Shown: positions 27,529 through 38,831 of the stretch, in pieces
Layout of the letters: each line of letters starts with the position of its first letter
How positions within the stretch are numbered: position 1 is the stretch's first letter
Source: an uncultured delta proteobacterium
GTDB lineage: Bacteria; Myxococcota; Myxococcia; Myxococcales; Anaeromyxobacteraceae
Length of the DNA: 64,000 nucleotides
Reading direction: 5' to 3'
Assembly: GCA_963814585.1 (NCBI GenBank)
Contig: CAWFDF010000008.1
Coordinates: forward strand, 608,001-672,000
Program-made: the position numbers and the translations under genes
Notes under the pieces: generated by a model
What the model saw: only the letters and a program-made list of their open reading frames with translations
Told to the model about the DNA's origin: nothing
Database searches by the model: none

Positions 27529-28977
27529 CTAGACCTTCCCCGGCGGCGACGCCGGCAGGCGGATGGTGAAGCGGGCGCCGCCGTCCGGCGGCGAGTCGGC
27601 CTCGATGGTGCCCCCGTGGGCGTGGACGATCCCCAGCGAGACCGCCAGCCCGAGGCCGGTGCCGCTCGGCTTGGTGGTGAAGAACGGCTCGAAGAGCCGG
27701 TGGGCGGCCTCGTCGGGGAGCCCGGGCCCGGAGTCCGAGACCGAGAGCTCGACCCCGCCTGCGGCGGCCTGGGACAGGGCCACCCGGACCCGCCCACCGG
27801 GACCGGCCGCCTCGACGCCGTTCTGGACGAGGTTGAGCAGGACCTGCCTCAGCTTCTGGGGATGCCCCTCCACCCGGGCCGCGCCGCTCACCTCGACGGT
27901 GGCCCCGGCGAGCCGGCCCGACGCGGCCAGCCTGGTCACCGCCTCGTCGCACAGCTCCCCCAGGTCCACCGGCTCCGGGGCCGCCGCCAGCGGGCGGGAC
28001 AGGTCGAGGAGCCCCTCGACGATCTCCCTCGCCCTCAGCGACTCGTCCTCGATGATCCCCAGGTCCTCGGCCAGCTGCCCCTCGGCCTGGCGCCGGAGCA
28101 GGGAGGCGTACCCGAGGATGACCGCCAGCGGGTTGTTGATCTCGTGGGCGACGCCGGCGGCCAGCCGCCCGATCCCGGCCAGCTTCTCGCTCTGCACCAG
28201 CCGCTCCTGCTGGTCCTTGATCGAGGCGGCCATGGCGTTGAACTGGCGCGCCAGGGCGCCGAACTCGTCGGGGCTGTCCTCCTCGATCCGGGCGTCGAGG
28301 TCGCCGGCCGCCAGCCTGGACGCGCCCTCGCTCAGCCGGGCCACCGGCCGGGCCACCGAGCGGTAGATGGAGAGGCCGATCCCGACGGCCAGCAGCGGCG
28401 CGCCGGCCAGGAAGAAGACGGTCCAGCGGAAGGCGGCCTGCCGCACCGCCTGGACCTGGACCTGGATGTCGCCGATCGACGTCTCGAACCGGCCGACCAG
28501 CCGGTCGGCGAGCCCCTGGATCAGCGTGACCTGCACCTGCGCCTGCCCGTGCTCCTCCATGACGTCGGTGGCCTGGCGGCGCAGGACGGCGGGGACGATG
28601 CGCTGCCGGAAGATCCGGTCGAGCTCCACCGTGGCCCGCTCGATCTCGACGACCCAGTCCAGCTCGTCCGGCTGCCGCACCCGCTGCTTCACCTCCGCCG
28701 TCAGGCCGACGACCCGGCGCTCGGCCTCCGTGTAGAAGGGGAGGTGGGAGTCGTCGCCGAGGATGATGGTGTGGGCCTGGTGGGCGTACTGATCCCGGAC
28801 GGCGCTGGCCAGCTCCAGCGCCAGCCGCACCCCCTCCTCCCGCTCCCTGATCTCGGTCAGACCTCCCTGGATCTCGCGGAGGCTGGCGAGGGCGAAGTAG
28901 GAGGACACCGCGAACACCGACAGGAGCCCGGTCAAGGCGAGGATGAGGCGGCGGGCCGTTCCGGACTTCGAGTGCAT
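27529..28977 (-). CDS. Membrane sensor histidine kinase (HAMP-HisKA-HATPase)
   Basis: Two TM helices flanking a His-containing periplasmic domain (YAHQAH), HAMP, AHEINNPL, NLVQN, FEPFFTTK, GTGLGL. Confidence 0.93.
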   Translation of the reverse strand: MHSKSGTARRLILALTGLLSVFAVSSYFALASLREIQGGLTEIREREEGVRLALELASAVRDQYAHQAHTIILGDDSHLPFYTEAERRVVGLTAEVKQRVRQPDELDWVVEIERATVELDRIFRQRIVPAVLRRQATDVMEEHGQAQVQVTLIQGLADRLVGRFETSIGDIQVQVQAVRQAAFRWTVFFLAGAPLLAVGIGLSIYRSVARPVARLSEGASRLAAGDLDARIEEDSPDEFGALARQFNAMAASIKDQQERLVQSEKLAGIGRLAAGVAHEINNPLAVILGYASLLRRQAEGQLAEDLGIIEDESLRAREIVEGLLDLSRPLAAAPEPVDLGELCDEAVTRLAASGRLAGATVEVSGAARVEGHPQKLRQVLLNLVQNGVEAAGPGGRVRVALSQAAAGGVELSVSDSGPGLPDEAAHRLFEPFFTTKPSGTGLGLAVSLGIVHAHGGTIEADSPPDGGARFTIRLPASPPGKV

Positions 28978-29257
28978 GTGGTTCCTCTTCCGGAAGCATC
29001 GGCCGGGCCGCCGGCAGGACCGACGGTGTGCGGCCCTCGAGTCCTGACCGCGGAGGGAGACCTGTGACCTGGGCGGCTACAGTGTAGCCCCGCTCCCGCC
29101 GTCACGCCCTTCCGTGCCGGAGGGGCCGGGCGTCCGCCTGGCCCTGGCCTCGCCAGGCCTGCTCGGGCTCGAGCCATTCCCCAGGCGGCACGGGGGCTTG
29201 TCCGGCCAGTCCCTGGCGAAACTTCCGCCCGGCGGCCGCCGCGCCGTTAGGACTGGC

Positions 29258-29273
29258 TGGCACGGGGGGTGCT
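29258..29273 (+). promoter_or_regulatory. Sigma54 -24/-12 promoter candidate for the cus operon
   Basis: TGGCACGGGGGGTGCT has TGGCAC and GG-N10-GC, immediately upstream of cusC and divergent from a sigma54 activator. Confidence 0.6.
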
Positions 29274-29288
29274 TTGGAGGTGGCCGCC

Positions 29289-30709
29289 ATGATGATCCGA
29301 CTCCAGCTGGCCGCTTCGGCGCTGCTCCTGGCCGCCGCGGTCCAGGCCCAGCCAGCGGCGGCTGGCGCGACTCCGATGCCCGCCGACCCCGTCCTCGCCG
29401 AGCTGCTCCGGGAGAGCCTCGCCCAGCGCCCCGAGCTCCGACAGGCGGACGCGCTGGTCAAGGCCGAGCGTGAGCGCGTCCCACAGGCCGGCGGCTTCCA
29501 GGACCCGATCCTGACGCTCGGCATCCAGAACGACGGCTTCAACGGGCTCCAGATCGGGAAGATGGACACCAGCTACTGGCAGGTGATGGTCACCCAGCCC
29601 CTCCCCTGGCCGGGCAAGCTCGGCCTTCGCGAGGAGGTGGCCTCCTCGGGCGTGCGCCTCGCCGAGGCCTCGGCGGCCCGCGCCCGGCTCTCGGCCGAGG
29701 CCGACGTCCGGCGCGCCTACCTGGACCTGCTGCTGGTGCGCGACCGGCCTGGCGCTGCTCGCCAGGCTCGAGGCGCTCTGGACCAAGGCCGAGGCGCTGG
29801 CGCGGACCCGCTACGAGACCGGCGAGGGTGCCCAGTCGGACATCCTGCGCGCCCAGCTCGAGCGGAACCGCCTCCGCCAGCGGCGCTGGGCCCTCGAGGC
29901 CGAGGAGCGGACCCGGGTCCAGGCCGTCAACCGGCTCCGCGACCATCCGCTCGACGAGCCGCTGGCCAGACCACCGCCCCAGTCCGCGCCCTGAGCCTGC
30001 CCGACGCCGCCCAGCCGTGCGAGGTCGCCCTGGCCGACGCCGAGCAGCGCAGCCCCGAGCTCCTCGCCGGCCCGCCTCCAGGCCGAGCGCGCCGACCAGC
30101 AGGTGGCGCTGGCGCGGCGCGAGCGCTTCCCCGACCTGGCCGTGACCGCCGCCATCATGCCGCGCGGCAGCCTCGAGCCCATGTGGGCGGCTGGCATCTC
30201 GATGACGCTGCCGATCTTCTCCGGACTCGAAGCAGTCGCGGGCGGTGGCCGAGAGCGAGTCCCGCGCGGCCGCCGGCGAGGGACGGCGCCGAGGCCGTGC
30301 TCCAGGTCCTCCGACTCCGGGTCCAGGAGCGCCAGGCCCAGCTCGCCAACCTGCTCGAGTCGGCCCAGCTCTACCGGGACGGCCTCATCGTCCAGTCGCA
30401 GGCCACCGCCGACAGCACGTGAACCAGTACCGGGTCGGCCGCGTCACCTTCGCCTCGGTGCTCGAGGCCATCGCCGGCGTCATCGACGACGAGGACGGCT
30501 ACCTGCAGACCGTGGCGGCGGCCCAGCGCGTCGCCATCGCGGCCGCCGAGGTGAGCCTGGACGCCGCCGGTGGCGGCGCCGGCACGCTGTCGACCGGCGC
30601 GGTGCCCGGGCGCCGCGCGGCAAGTGGGGGCGGCGCCCTGGCCGCGGCGGGTGCACCGCCTCGGGCGGCGGCGACGCCGGCTCATCCCTCCTCCATGAGC
30701 AAGATGTGA
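29289..30709 (+). CDS. TolC/CusC-family outer-membrane efflux protein, several frameshifts
   Basis: Signal peptide, RPEL...A, DP.L..G, Q.LPWPGKL, GAQSDILRAQLE, RERFPDL, YRVGRVTF..VL read across shifting frames; first gene of an RND operon. Confidence 0.8.
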
Positions 30710-30723
30710 ACCGCGGAGCCTCG

Positions 30724-32450
30724 ATGACGACCGACCAGCCGACTCCCCGACCGCCTCGCACGCACCGTCCGCGGCGCTCGCCTCGCCTTCGCGCTGGTGG
30801 CGCTCGCCGGCGTCGCCCTGGGCAGCGCTCGGCACCAACGCTCTCGGCCCGGCGAGGCGGGCGATGGCCACGACCACGATCACGCCGCCGAGGTGGCCAG
30901 GACCGACGTACCAGCTGCCCCATGCACCCGACCGTCGTGCAGGACCACCCTGGCGACTGCCCCATCTGCGGCATGAAGCTGGTGAAGATGGCCGCGGCCA
31001 CGGCGGACGGCGCGGGCCAGGCCCGCGGGCCGACGCCAGGCGCCCGGTACCAGTGCCCCATGCACCCGACCATCGTCCAGGACCACCCTGGCGACTGCCC
31101 CATCTGCGGCATGAAGCTGGTTCCATGACCGCCGCCGATCAAGGGCCGGCTGGGCCCACCACCTCGGCCACGGTCGAAGTCCTCTACCAGTGCCCCATGC
31201 ACCCGACCGTCCAGCAGCATCGGCCAGGCGACTGCCCGATCTGCGGGATGAAGCTGGAGAAGGTCGATCCGAGCGGCGCCTTCGAAGTCCCGCCCGGCGA
31301 GCGGAAGATCGTCTTCTACCGCTCGCCCATGGATCCCAGGCAGACCTCGCACACGCCGCGCAAGGACGAGATGGGCATGGACTACCTGCCCGTCCACCTG
31401 GACGAGCTCCAGGGGACCGGTCCGGCCGCCGGGCTGGTCACGGTGAAGATCGACCCGGCGCGGCAGCAGCTCATCGGCCTGGTGACCGCCGAGGCCGCCC
31501 AGGGGCCGATCGGCGGGGCGCTGCGGACCACCGGCCGGGTGGCGGTGGACGAGACCCGCGTCCACCGCGTCAACGTGAAGTTCGGCGGCTTCGTCGAGCA
31601 CGTCCAGGCCGACTTCGTCGGCCAGCTGGTGCGGCGGGGCGAACCGCTCTTCTCCATCTACAGCCCGGAGCTGCTGGCCGCGCAGGAGGACTGCTGCTGG
31701 CCCTGCAGCACGCAGAAGGACCTGGCGTCGGCGCCGGGGGCTGGCCGGCGACGGCGACGACCTGGTGGCCTCGGCGCGGCGCAAGCTCGAGCTCTGGGAC
31801 GTGCCCGGCCGCCACCGTGGCGCGCATCGAGCAGACGCGGCCAGGCGGAGCGCGCCATCACCGTCCTCTCGCCCGCCAGCGGCGTGGTGGTCAAGAAGGA
31901 CGTCGTGCCCGGGCATGACGGATCGAGGCCGGCGAGATGCCCTACGAGATCTGGCGACCTCTCCTCGGTCTGGGTGCTGGCCGACGTCTACGAGACCGAC
32001 CTGCAGCACGTGAAGGTGGGCGCGCCGGCCACCCTCACCTTCAAGGCCGCTCCCGGGCAAGGAGTACCAGGGCCGGGTCGCCTTCATCGATCCCGTCCTC
32101 GACCCCAGGACCCGCACCGCCAAGGTCCGCGTCTCGCTCGCCAATCCCGGCGGCGACGCTCAAGCCGGAGATGTTCGGCGAGGTGGTGCTGAAGTCGGCG
32201 CCGCGCCAGGCCCTGCGCGTCCCCACCGACGCCGTCATCGACTCCGGCACCGCGCAGCGTGGTCTTCGTCGCGCTGGGCGAAGGCAAGTTCCAGCCCCGG
32301 GTGGTCCGCCTGGGCGCCAGCGACGGCGACTACGTCGAGGTGCAGGACGGCCTGACCGCGGGCGACAAGGTCGTGACCCGCGCCAACTTCCTGGTCGACT
32401 CGGAGTCGCGCCTCAAGGCGTCGCTGCAGGCGCTCGGCGGGGGGAAGTAG
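30724..32450 (+). CDS. cusB: CusB-type periplasmic adaptor with tandem heavy-metal-binding domains, many frameshifts
   Basis: Three CPMHP...PGDCPICGMKL domains, YRSPMDP...KDEMGMDY, QQLIG, YSPEL..AQEE, VWVLADVYE, LKPEMFG, ANFLVDSES. Confidence 0.82.
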
Positions 32451-32453
32451 TCC

Positions 32454-35400
32454 ATGATCAAGGCGATCATCCGCTTCAGCGCCGAGAACAAGTACCTGGT
32501 CGTCGCCGCCACCCTGGTCGCCCTGATGGGCGCCTGGTGGTCGATGAGGAACATCCCGCTCGACGCCCTGCCGGACCTCTCCGACACGCAGGTGATCGTC
32601 TACTCGAAGTGGGACCGGAGCCCGGACATCATCGAGGACCAGGTCACCTACCCGATCACCACCGCGCTGCTCGGGGCGCCGCGGGTCAAGGCCATCCGCG
32701 GGTTCTCCGACTTCGGCTTCAGCTACGTCTACGTCATCTTCGAGGACGACACCGACATGTACTGGGCGCGCAGCCGCGTGCTCGAGTACCTCTCCAAGAT
32801 CCAGCCGCAGCTCCCGGCCGGGGTCAGCACCGAGCTCGGCCCCGACGCCTCCAGCGTGGGCTGGGTCTTCCAGTACGCCCTGGTCGACAGGACCGGCACC
32901 CACTCGTCCGACGAGCTGCGCTCCTACCAGGACTGGAACCTGCGCTACGCCGTCCAGAGCGTCCCCGGCGTCTCCGAGGTGGCCACCGTCGGCGGGCAGG
33001 TGCGCCAGTACCAGATCACCGTCAACCCCAACTCGCTGGCGGCCTACCAGCTGCCGCTCGAGGCGGTCATCGCGGCGGTGCGGCGGGGCAACAACGACGT
33101 GGGCGGGCGGCTGGTCGAGCTCTCGGGCCGCGAGTACATGGTGCGCGGCCGCGGCTACGTGAAGGGCATCGCCGATCTCGAGTCGCTGGTCCTCAAGGCC
33201 GAGGGCGGCACCCCGGTCACGGTGAAGGACGTGGCCACGGTGGCGCTCGGCCCCGAGATGCGCCGCGGCATCGCCGACTCGACGGCGAGGGCGACGTGGT
33301 GGGCGGCATCGTGGTGATGCGCTCCGGCGAGAACGCCCTCAACGTCATCAACCGGGTCAAGGCCCGGCTCGAGGAGATCAGGCCCTCGCTGCCGAAGGGG
33401 GTCGAGGTGGTGACCACCTACGACCGCTCCGAGCTCATCGACCAGGCCATCGAGACCGTGAAGGGGAAGCTCATCGAGGAGATCATCGTGGTCTCCATCA
33501 TCATCCTCATCTTCCTCTGGCACATCCCCAGCGCCATCATCCCCATCGTCACCATCCCGGTCAGCGTGGCGCTGGCCTTCATCCCCATGTACTTCATGGG
33601 CCTCAACGCCAACCTCATGTCGCTGGCCGGCATCGCCATCTCCATCGGCGTGCTGGTGGACGGGGCCATCGTCGAGGTGGAGAACGCCTACAACAAGATC
33701 CACCACTGGGACGCCGGGGGGCGCAAGGAGGACTTCCACAAGGTCCGGCTCGAGGCCCTGCTCGAGGTGGGACCCGGGGTCTTCTTCTCGCTGCTGGTCA
33801 TCGCCGTCGCCTTCATGCCGGTCTTCACGCTGGTGGACCAGGAGGGGCGGCTCTTCCGGCCGCTGGCCTACTCCAAGAACCTGGCCATGGCCATCGCCGC
33901 CTTCCTGGCCATCACCCTCGACCCGGCCATGCGGATGATGTTCGCCCGCATCGATCCCTTCCTGTTCCGCCCCCGCTGGCTCGCCTGGATGGCCAACCAG
34001 GCCTTCGTCGGGAAGTACCACTCGGAGGAGAAGCACCCCATCAGCGCCTTCCTCCACCGGATCTACGAGCCGCCCTGCCGCTTCGTGCTGCGCCACCCGC
34101 GCGCCACCATCGCGGCCTCGCGTCCTGCTGGTGGCCACCACCATCCCGGTCTACCTGAAGCTCGGCTCCGAGTTCATGCCGCCGCTCCGCGAGGGGACCA
34201 TCCTCTACATGCCCTCGGCGGTCCAGCCTGGCATGTCGGTGGCCGAGGCGCAGAAGGCCCTCCAGGTGCAGGACAAGATCCTCATGACCTTCCCGGAGGT
34301 GGAGCGCGTCTTCGGCAAGGCTGGCCGCGCCGACACCTCCACCGACCCGGCCCCCTTCACCATGATGGAGACCACCATCATCCTGAAGCCGGAGCGGGCA
34401 GTGGCGGAGCCAGGCCGCGCTGGTACTCCTCCTGGGCGCCGGAGTGGGCCAAGGCCGTGCTGCGCCCCTTCTGGCGCGACCGCATCACCGAGGACGACCT
34501 GAAGAACGACATGGACGCCGCGCTCCAGCTGCCGGGCATCTCCAACGCCTGGACCATGCCCATCCGCGGGCGGCTCGACATGCTCTCCACGGGCATCCGC
34601 ACCCCCGTGGGCATCAAGGTGAGCGGCGCGGACCTCAAGACCATCGAGCAGACCGCCAGGGAGATCGAGGCCGTGGTCCAGAAGGTCCCGGGGACGCGCA
34701 GCGTCTACGCCGAGCGGGTGGCCGGGGGCTACTTCCTCGACTTCGTCCTCAAGCGGGAGCAGCTGGCCCGCTACGGCCTCTCGGTCGACGACGCCAACAT
34801 GATGGTCATGACCGCGGTGGGCGGCGACAACCAGACGACCACCGTGATGGGGCGGGAGCGGTACGGCGTGAGCGTCCGCTACGCCCGCGACTACCGCGAG
34901 GACCTCTCCGCGCTCCGCCGCGTCCTGCTGCCGCTGCCGGGGGGCCAGGGGCAGATCCCCATGGAGGAGATCGCCACGGTCGAGCTGGTGCAGGGCCCCT
35001 CGATGATCCGCGACGAGAACGGGCTGCTGGCCGGCTACGTCTACGTCGACTTCGACACCTCGAAGATCGACGTGGGCAGCTACGTGGACGAGGCCAAGAA
35101 GGCCGTGGCCTCCGGCCTCAAGCTCCCCACCGGGTACAACCTGGCCTGGAGCGGCCAGTACGAGAACATGCTCCGCGTCAAGGAGCGGCTCAAGGTCATC
35201 CTGCCGTTCACGCTGGTGCTGATCTTCGCCCTCCTCTACATGAACACCAGGAGCGCGGTGAAGGCCTCCATCGTCATGCTGGCCGTCCCCTTCTCGGCCA
35301 TCGGCGCGGTCTGGCTGATCTGGGCGCTCGGCTACAACGTCTCCATCGCGGTCTGGGTCGGCATGATTGCGCTCATGGGGCTCGACGCCGAGACCGGCGT

Positions 35401-35737
35401 CTTCATGCTGCTCTTCCTGGACCTCTCCCACGACGAGGCCCGGGCGGCCGGGAGGCTGCGCGACGAGAAGGACCTGGTCGAGGCCATCGTCCACGGCGCC
35501 GTGAAGCGGGTCCGGCCCAAGGCCATGACCGTCTTCGCCGCCATGATCGGCCTGCTGCCCATCATGTGGTCCACCGGCACCGGCGCCGACCTGATGAAGC
35601 GCATCGCCGCGCCCATGGTGGGCGGCCTGGTCACCAGCTTCCTCCTGGAGCTGCTGGTCTACCCGGCGGTCTACCTCCTCTGGAGGCGGCGGGAGCTCTC
35701 CGGGGCCTCACCGGCGCCCTCGCCGGCGACGGCCTGA
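32454..35737 (+). CDS. cusA: CusA/CzcA-family heavy-metal RND transporter, frameshifts ~33280, ~34120, ~34400
   Basis: DALPDLSDTQVI, EDQVTYP, WARSRVLEYL, GPDA..VGW, SLAGIAISIGVLVD, EFMPPL.EG, TDPAP..M.ET, RLDML.TGIRTP, RVRPKAMT, KRIAAPMVGG; CusA Met ligands present. Confidence 0.92.
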
Positions 35738-35840
35738 CCGGCGCGCACCCACGACCGGGCCAGCGCCCGCTCGCGGTGCCGGGGTGCCGGCCGCGCCGCT
35801 CCGTCACCTCGGGACCCGAAGCCTGGTCCCGGGAGCTCGT

Positions 35841-36623
35841 TCACTCCGCGTCGTGGACGTGGAAGTGCTCGTGCCCGGCGCCGCCGTGGTGGTGGCTGTG
35901 CCGGTGGGCCAGCCCGCTCTCGACGAGCAGCCGCTCGTCGTTCACCAGGGCGCTGGTGGGACCGTCGTAGAGGCTGCCGGGGCGGCCGGGCGCCAGCAGC
36001 ACGGCGCGGGCCCCCAGCTCCTCGGCCACGGTCAGGTTGTGCGTCGCGGTGATGACGGTGACGCCGTGCAGCGCCTCGAGGAAGTCGACCAGCCGCGCCC
36101 CGGTGGCGGGGTCGAGGCTGGCGGTCGGCTCGTCGAGGAGGAGCACCCGGGGCTCGACCGCCATCAGCGCCGCCAGCGCCACCCGCTTCTTCTCGCCACC
36201 GGAGAGCTCGAAGGGCGGCCGCTCCAGCAGCGGCTCGACGTCGAAGCGGCGGGCCCAGCGGGTCACCCGGCCATCCACGTCCGCGAGCCCGAGCTGGCGC
36301 GGGCCGAAGGCGATCTCGTCCGCCACCGTCGGGTTGAAGAGCATGGCGTCGACGTTCTGGAAGAGGAGCCCCACCTCGCCGCGGAAGCGCCGGCGGAAGG
36401 CGGCCTCCCCGAGCCGGGCGGCGGTGAGCGGCTCGCCGCCGTAGAGGATGCGGCCGGCCTCGGGCGCGACCAGGCCGTCGAGCGCCTTGAGGAGGGTGGT
36501 CTTCCCGCAGCCGTTGACGCCGAGCAGCACCACCCGCTCGCCCGGCGCCACCGCGAAGGTGAGATCGCGGAGCACCGGCCGGCCGCCGAGCCCGAGCGTG
36601 AGGCCGTCGACCTGGAAGGACAT
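35841..36623 (-). CDS. ECF transporter ATPase (CbiO/NikO) with His-rich tail
   Basis: GVNGCGKTT, LFQN, TVADEIAFGP, LSGGEKKR, LLDEPT; tail HRHSHHHGGAGHEHFHVH. Confidence 0.9.
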   Translation of the reverse strand: MSFQVDGLTLGLGGRPVLRDLTFAVAPGERVVLLGVNGCGKTTLLKALDGLVAPEAGRILYGGEPLTAARLGEAAFRRRFRGEVGLLFQNVDAMLFNPTVADEIAFGPRQLGLADVDGRVTRWARRFDVEPLLERPPFELSGGEKKRVALAALMAVEPRVLLLDEPTASLDPATGARLVDFLEALHGVTVITATHNLTVAEELGARAVLLAPGRPGSLYDGPTSALVNDERLLVESGLAHRHSHHHGGAGHEHFHVHDAE

Positions 36624-37192
36624 CAGAAGCCCCTCGATCGCATGGCGTCGGAGATGTCGCGGCTGTTTCGCGCCGCCAGCGTGAAGAGCATGGCGGTGAT
36701 GCCGCCGGCCCCGCGGAGCAGGTCGAGCGGGCCGGGCTGGCGCGGCAGCCGGCTGCGCAGCCCCTGCAGCGACTCGGTGGCGAGGAGTCGCAGCGCGTGG
36801 ATCTGAGCCAGCGTCAGCACCAGCAGGCGGGTGAGCACGGGGAACGGCGCCAGCGCCGGGAGCAGGGCCACCCGGTCGAGGACCGCGAAGGTGAGGAAGC
36901 CGATGACCGCGGCGCGCCCGGCCAGCGCGACGAACGGCTCGAAGGGCGGCCAGGCGCCGGTGGCGAGCCGCACCCAGCCCACCGAGACCAGGGAGAGCCC
37001 CGCCGTCGCCGGGACGACCGACCGGAGGGTCCGGCGCAGGGTCCCCGCCAGCCCGCGGTGGAAGAGGAGCGCCGCCGCCAGCCCGGCGCCGGCGAGCCAG
37101 CCCGGGTCGCGGACCGCCGACAGGGCGAAGACCGCCACCAGCCAGGCGGCCAGCAGGCGCCGGGCGGCGCGCGGGTCAGGCCTCGACGCCAC
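36623..37192 (-). CDS. ECF transporter T component (CbiQ/NikQ-like)
   Basis: Hydrophobic; LRSR and AMRSRGF Arg motifs; lies between nikM and the ATPase. Confidence 0.8.
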   Translation of the reverse strand: MASRPDPRAARRLLAAWLVAVFALSAVRDPGWLAGAGLAAALLFHRGLAGTLRRTLRSVVPATAGLSLVSVGWVRLATGAWPPFEPFVALAGRAAVIGFLTFAVLDRVALLPALAPFPVLTRLLVLTLAQIHALRLLATESLQGLRSRLPRQPGPLDLLRGAGGITAMLFTLAARNSRDISDAMRSRGF

Positions 37193-37811
37193 GCAGGTTG
37201 GCCTTCCTGACCAGCGACAGCGCGAAGACGGTGTAGAGCCCCTCCACCACGCCGGCCACGGCGAGGCTGGGGACCATCATGGCCACCAGGGTGACGCCCG
37301 GCGGGAGGGGCATGAAGAGGGGGTCGAGCCGGTGCTGGAGCGCCAGCGCCCCCACCACCGCCAGCGCCGCCACCTGCGCGGAGAGCCATCCGGCCAGGAA
37401 CAGCGCCACCCGCTCGGAGAGGCCGCGGAGCGCCTTCCAGGCCAGCCACCCGGCCAGCGGCCCGAGCAGCCCCATGGCCAGCGCGTTGACGCCGAGCACG
37501 GTGATCCCGCCAGCCCCGAAGAAGAGCGCCTGCACCAGCAGCACCAGCCCCTCGCAGACGAAGGCGGCCAGCGGCCCGTACAGCAGGGCCAGCAGGGTCA
37601 CGCCGGTGAGGTGGGTGGAGGTCCCGCCCGGCACGGGAATCATGATGGTCTGGACGACGAAGGCCAGCGCGGTGAGCGAGCCGAGCACCGGCAGCGACTC
37701 GGCCGCCTCCCGCCCGAAGTGGCGGCGGGCACCCCATGCCCAGAGCGGCGCCGCCACCGCGTAGGCGGGCAGGCTGATCTGGGGCGAGAGGAAGCCGTCG
37801 GGGAGGTGCAT
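37176..37811 (-). CDS. Ni/Co ECF substrate component CbiM/NikM
   Basis: MHLPDGFL N-terminus, PVPGGTSTH, QALFFG.GGITVLG.N...MG. Confidence 0.92.
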   Translation of the reverse strand: MHLPDGFLSPQISLPAYAVAAPLWAWGARRHFGREAAESLPVLGSLTALAFVVQTIMIPVPGGTSTHLTGVTLLALLYGPLAAFVCEGLVLLVQALFFGAGGITVLGVNALAMGLLGPLAGWLAWKALRGLSERVALFLAGWLSAQVAALAVVGALALQHRLDPLFMPLPPGVTLVAMMVPSLAVAGVVEGLYTVFALSLVRKANLRGVEA

Positions 37812-37822
37812 GTCGAGATCCG

Positions 37823-38831
37823 CTAGAAGCGGGGCACCCAGGCGATCACCAGGGCCGCCCGGTAGTCCTCCAGCCCCTCCGAGCCCTGCTGCTCGGCCTC
37901 CTCGTTGAGCCGCTTGGCCACCGCCCGCTTGATGCTGGCGCCGATCACCAACGAGCCGAGGGTCGACCCGCGCGCCCAGCGCCCCGTAGAGGATGGTGCC
38001 CCCGGAGGCCTGCAGGGACGCCACCGTCCCCGTCCCCTCGTCGCTCCGGTCGCGCTGCAGGTCGAGCAGGCCGAGCTCGCCGCCCAGGTCGACGCGGTTC
38101 AGGCCGGAGGCCCAGACCCGGTAGACCAGCGCGCCGTTGACCCGGGTCTCGCCGCCGAACTGGTAGCGGAGACCGGGCCCCGGGTAGGTCTGCTGGAAGA
38201 AATGCTGGTAGCTGGCCTCGGCCAGCACGGTGAAGTCGGTGGAGAGCTGCTTCAGGACCGTGATCCCGATTCCCGGGCTCGGGCCGTTGAAGCCGGTCTG
38301 CATGTCGGGGGCCCAATAGTCGCCCAGGTCGTCCCGGTCCGCGGTGGGCCCGACCGGGATGGTGCAGGAGGCCCACAGGCCGAAGTGCCAGTCGTGGAGG
38401 TCGTCGAGGCTCTCCTTTTCCGGCACCCGCTGCAGGCCGTCGTCCCACTTGAAGCTGGCCGAGAGCGTGACGCTGGTGTCACCCAGGCCGGAGTTGGTGC
38501 CCAGCACCTGCTGCGACTTCAGGTTGAAGGGCTGGAGGACGAAGACCGAGAGCCAGGGGGTGAGGCCGTAGCCCACGGCGGCGGTGTTGAAGGAGGAGGA
38601 GAGCTTCTGCTCGGTGAAGCCGGCGCGCTGCTGGAAGGAAACGAACTCGGTCTTGAGGAGGCCGAGGATGGTCCCCTGCCCCAGCGGCAGGGGGGAGGTG
38701 GCGTCCATCGCCGAGCCCGGCCCGAGGGTGCCGAGGCCGCCGACGGCGGCGGTGCCGTGGTGGGCCAGGGCGGGAGTGGCCGTCGCTGCGACCAGGAGGG
38801 CGAAGGCGAGACGCCAGGCAGGCGGCTTCAC
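37823..38831 (-). CDS. Putative outer-membrane beta-barrel transporter, one frameshift ~37965
   Basis: Signal peptide ending ALA-HHG, alternating beta-strand pattern, GLGD motif; corrected C-terminus DYRAALVIAWVPRF* ends in Phe. Confidence 0.65.

Noticed and set aside
26129..28999. 956-aa ORF suggesting a hybrid kinase-regulator
   Set aside because: The kinase is in another frame with its own stop at 27529; the upstream part of the long ORF is off-frame GC-rich read-through.
31120..31130. In-frame TGA in cusB as possible selenocysteine or a separate small metal-binding gene
   Set aside because: Restoring one C in GTTCCATG gives continuous LVPMTAAD; the position is not a Cys site.
37176..38831. 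Apparent 551-aa fusion of a beta-barrel to NikM
   Set aside because: Caused by a 1-bp frameshift near 37965. The corrected barrel stops at 37823, and NikM needs its own free MH N-terminus at 37811.
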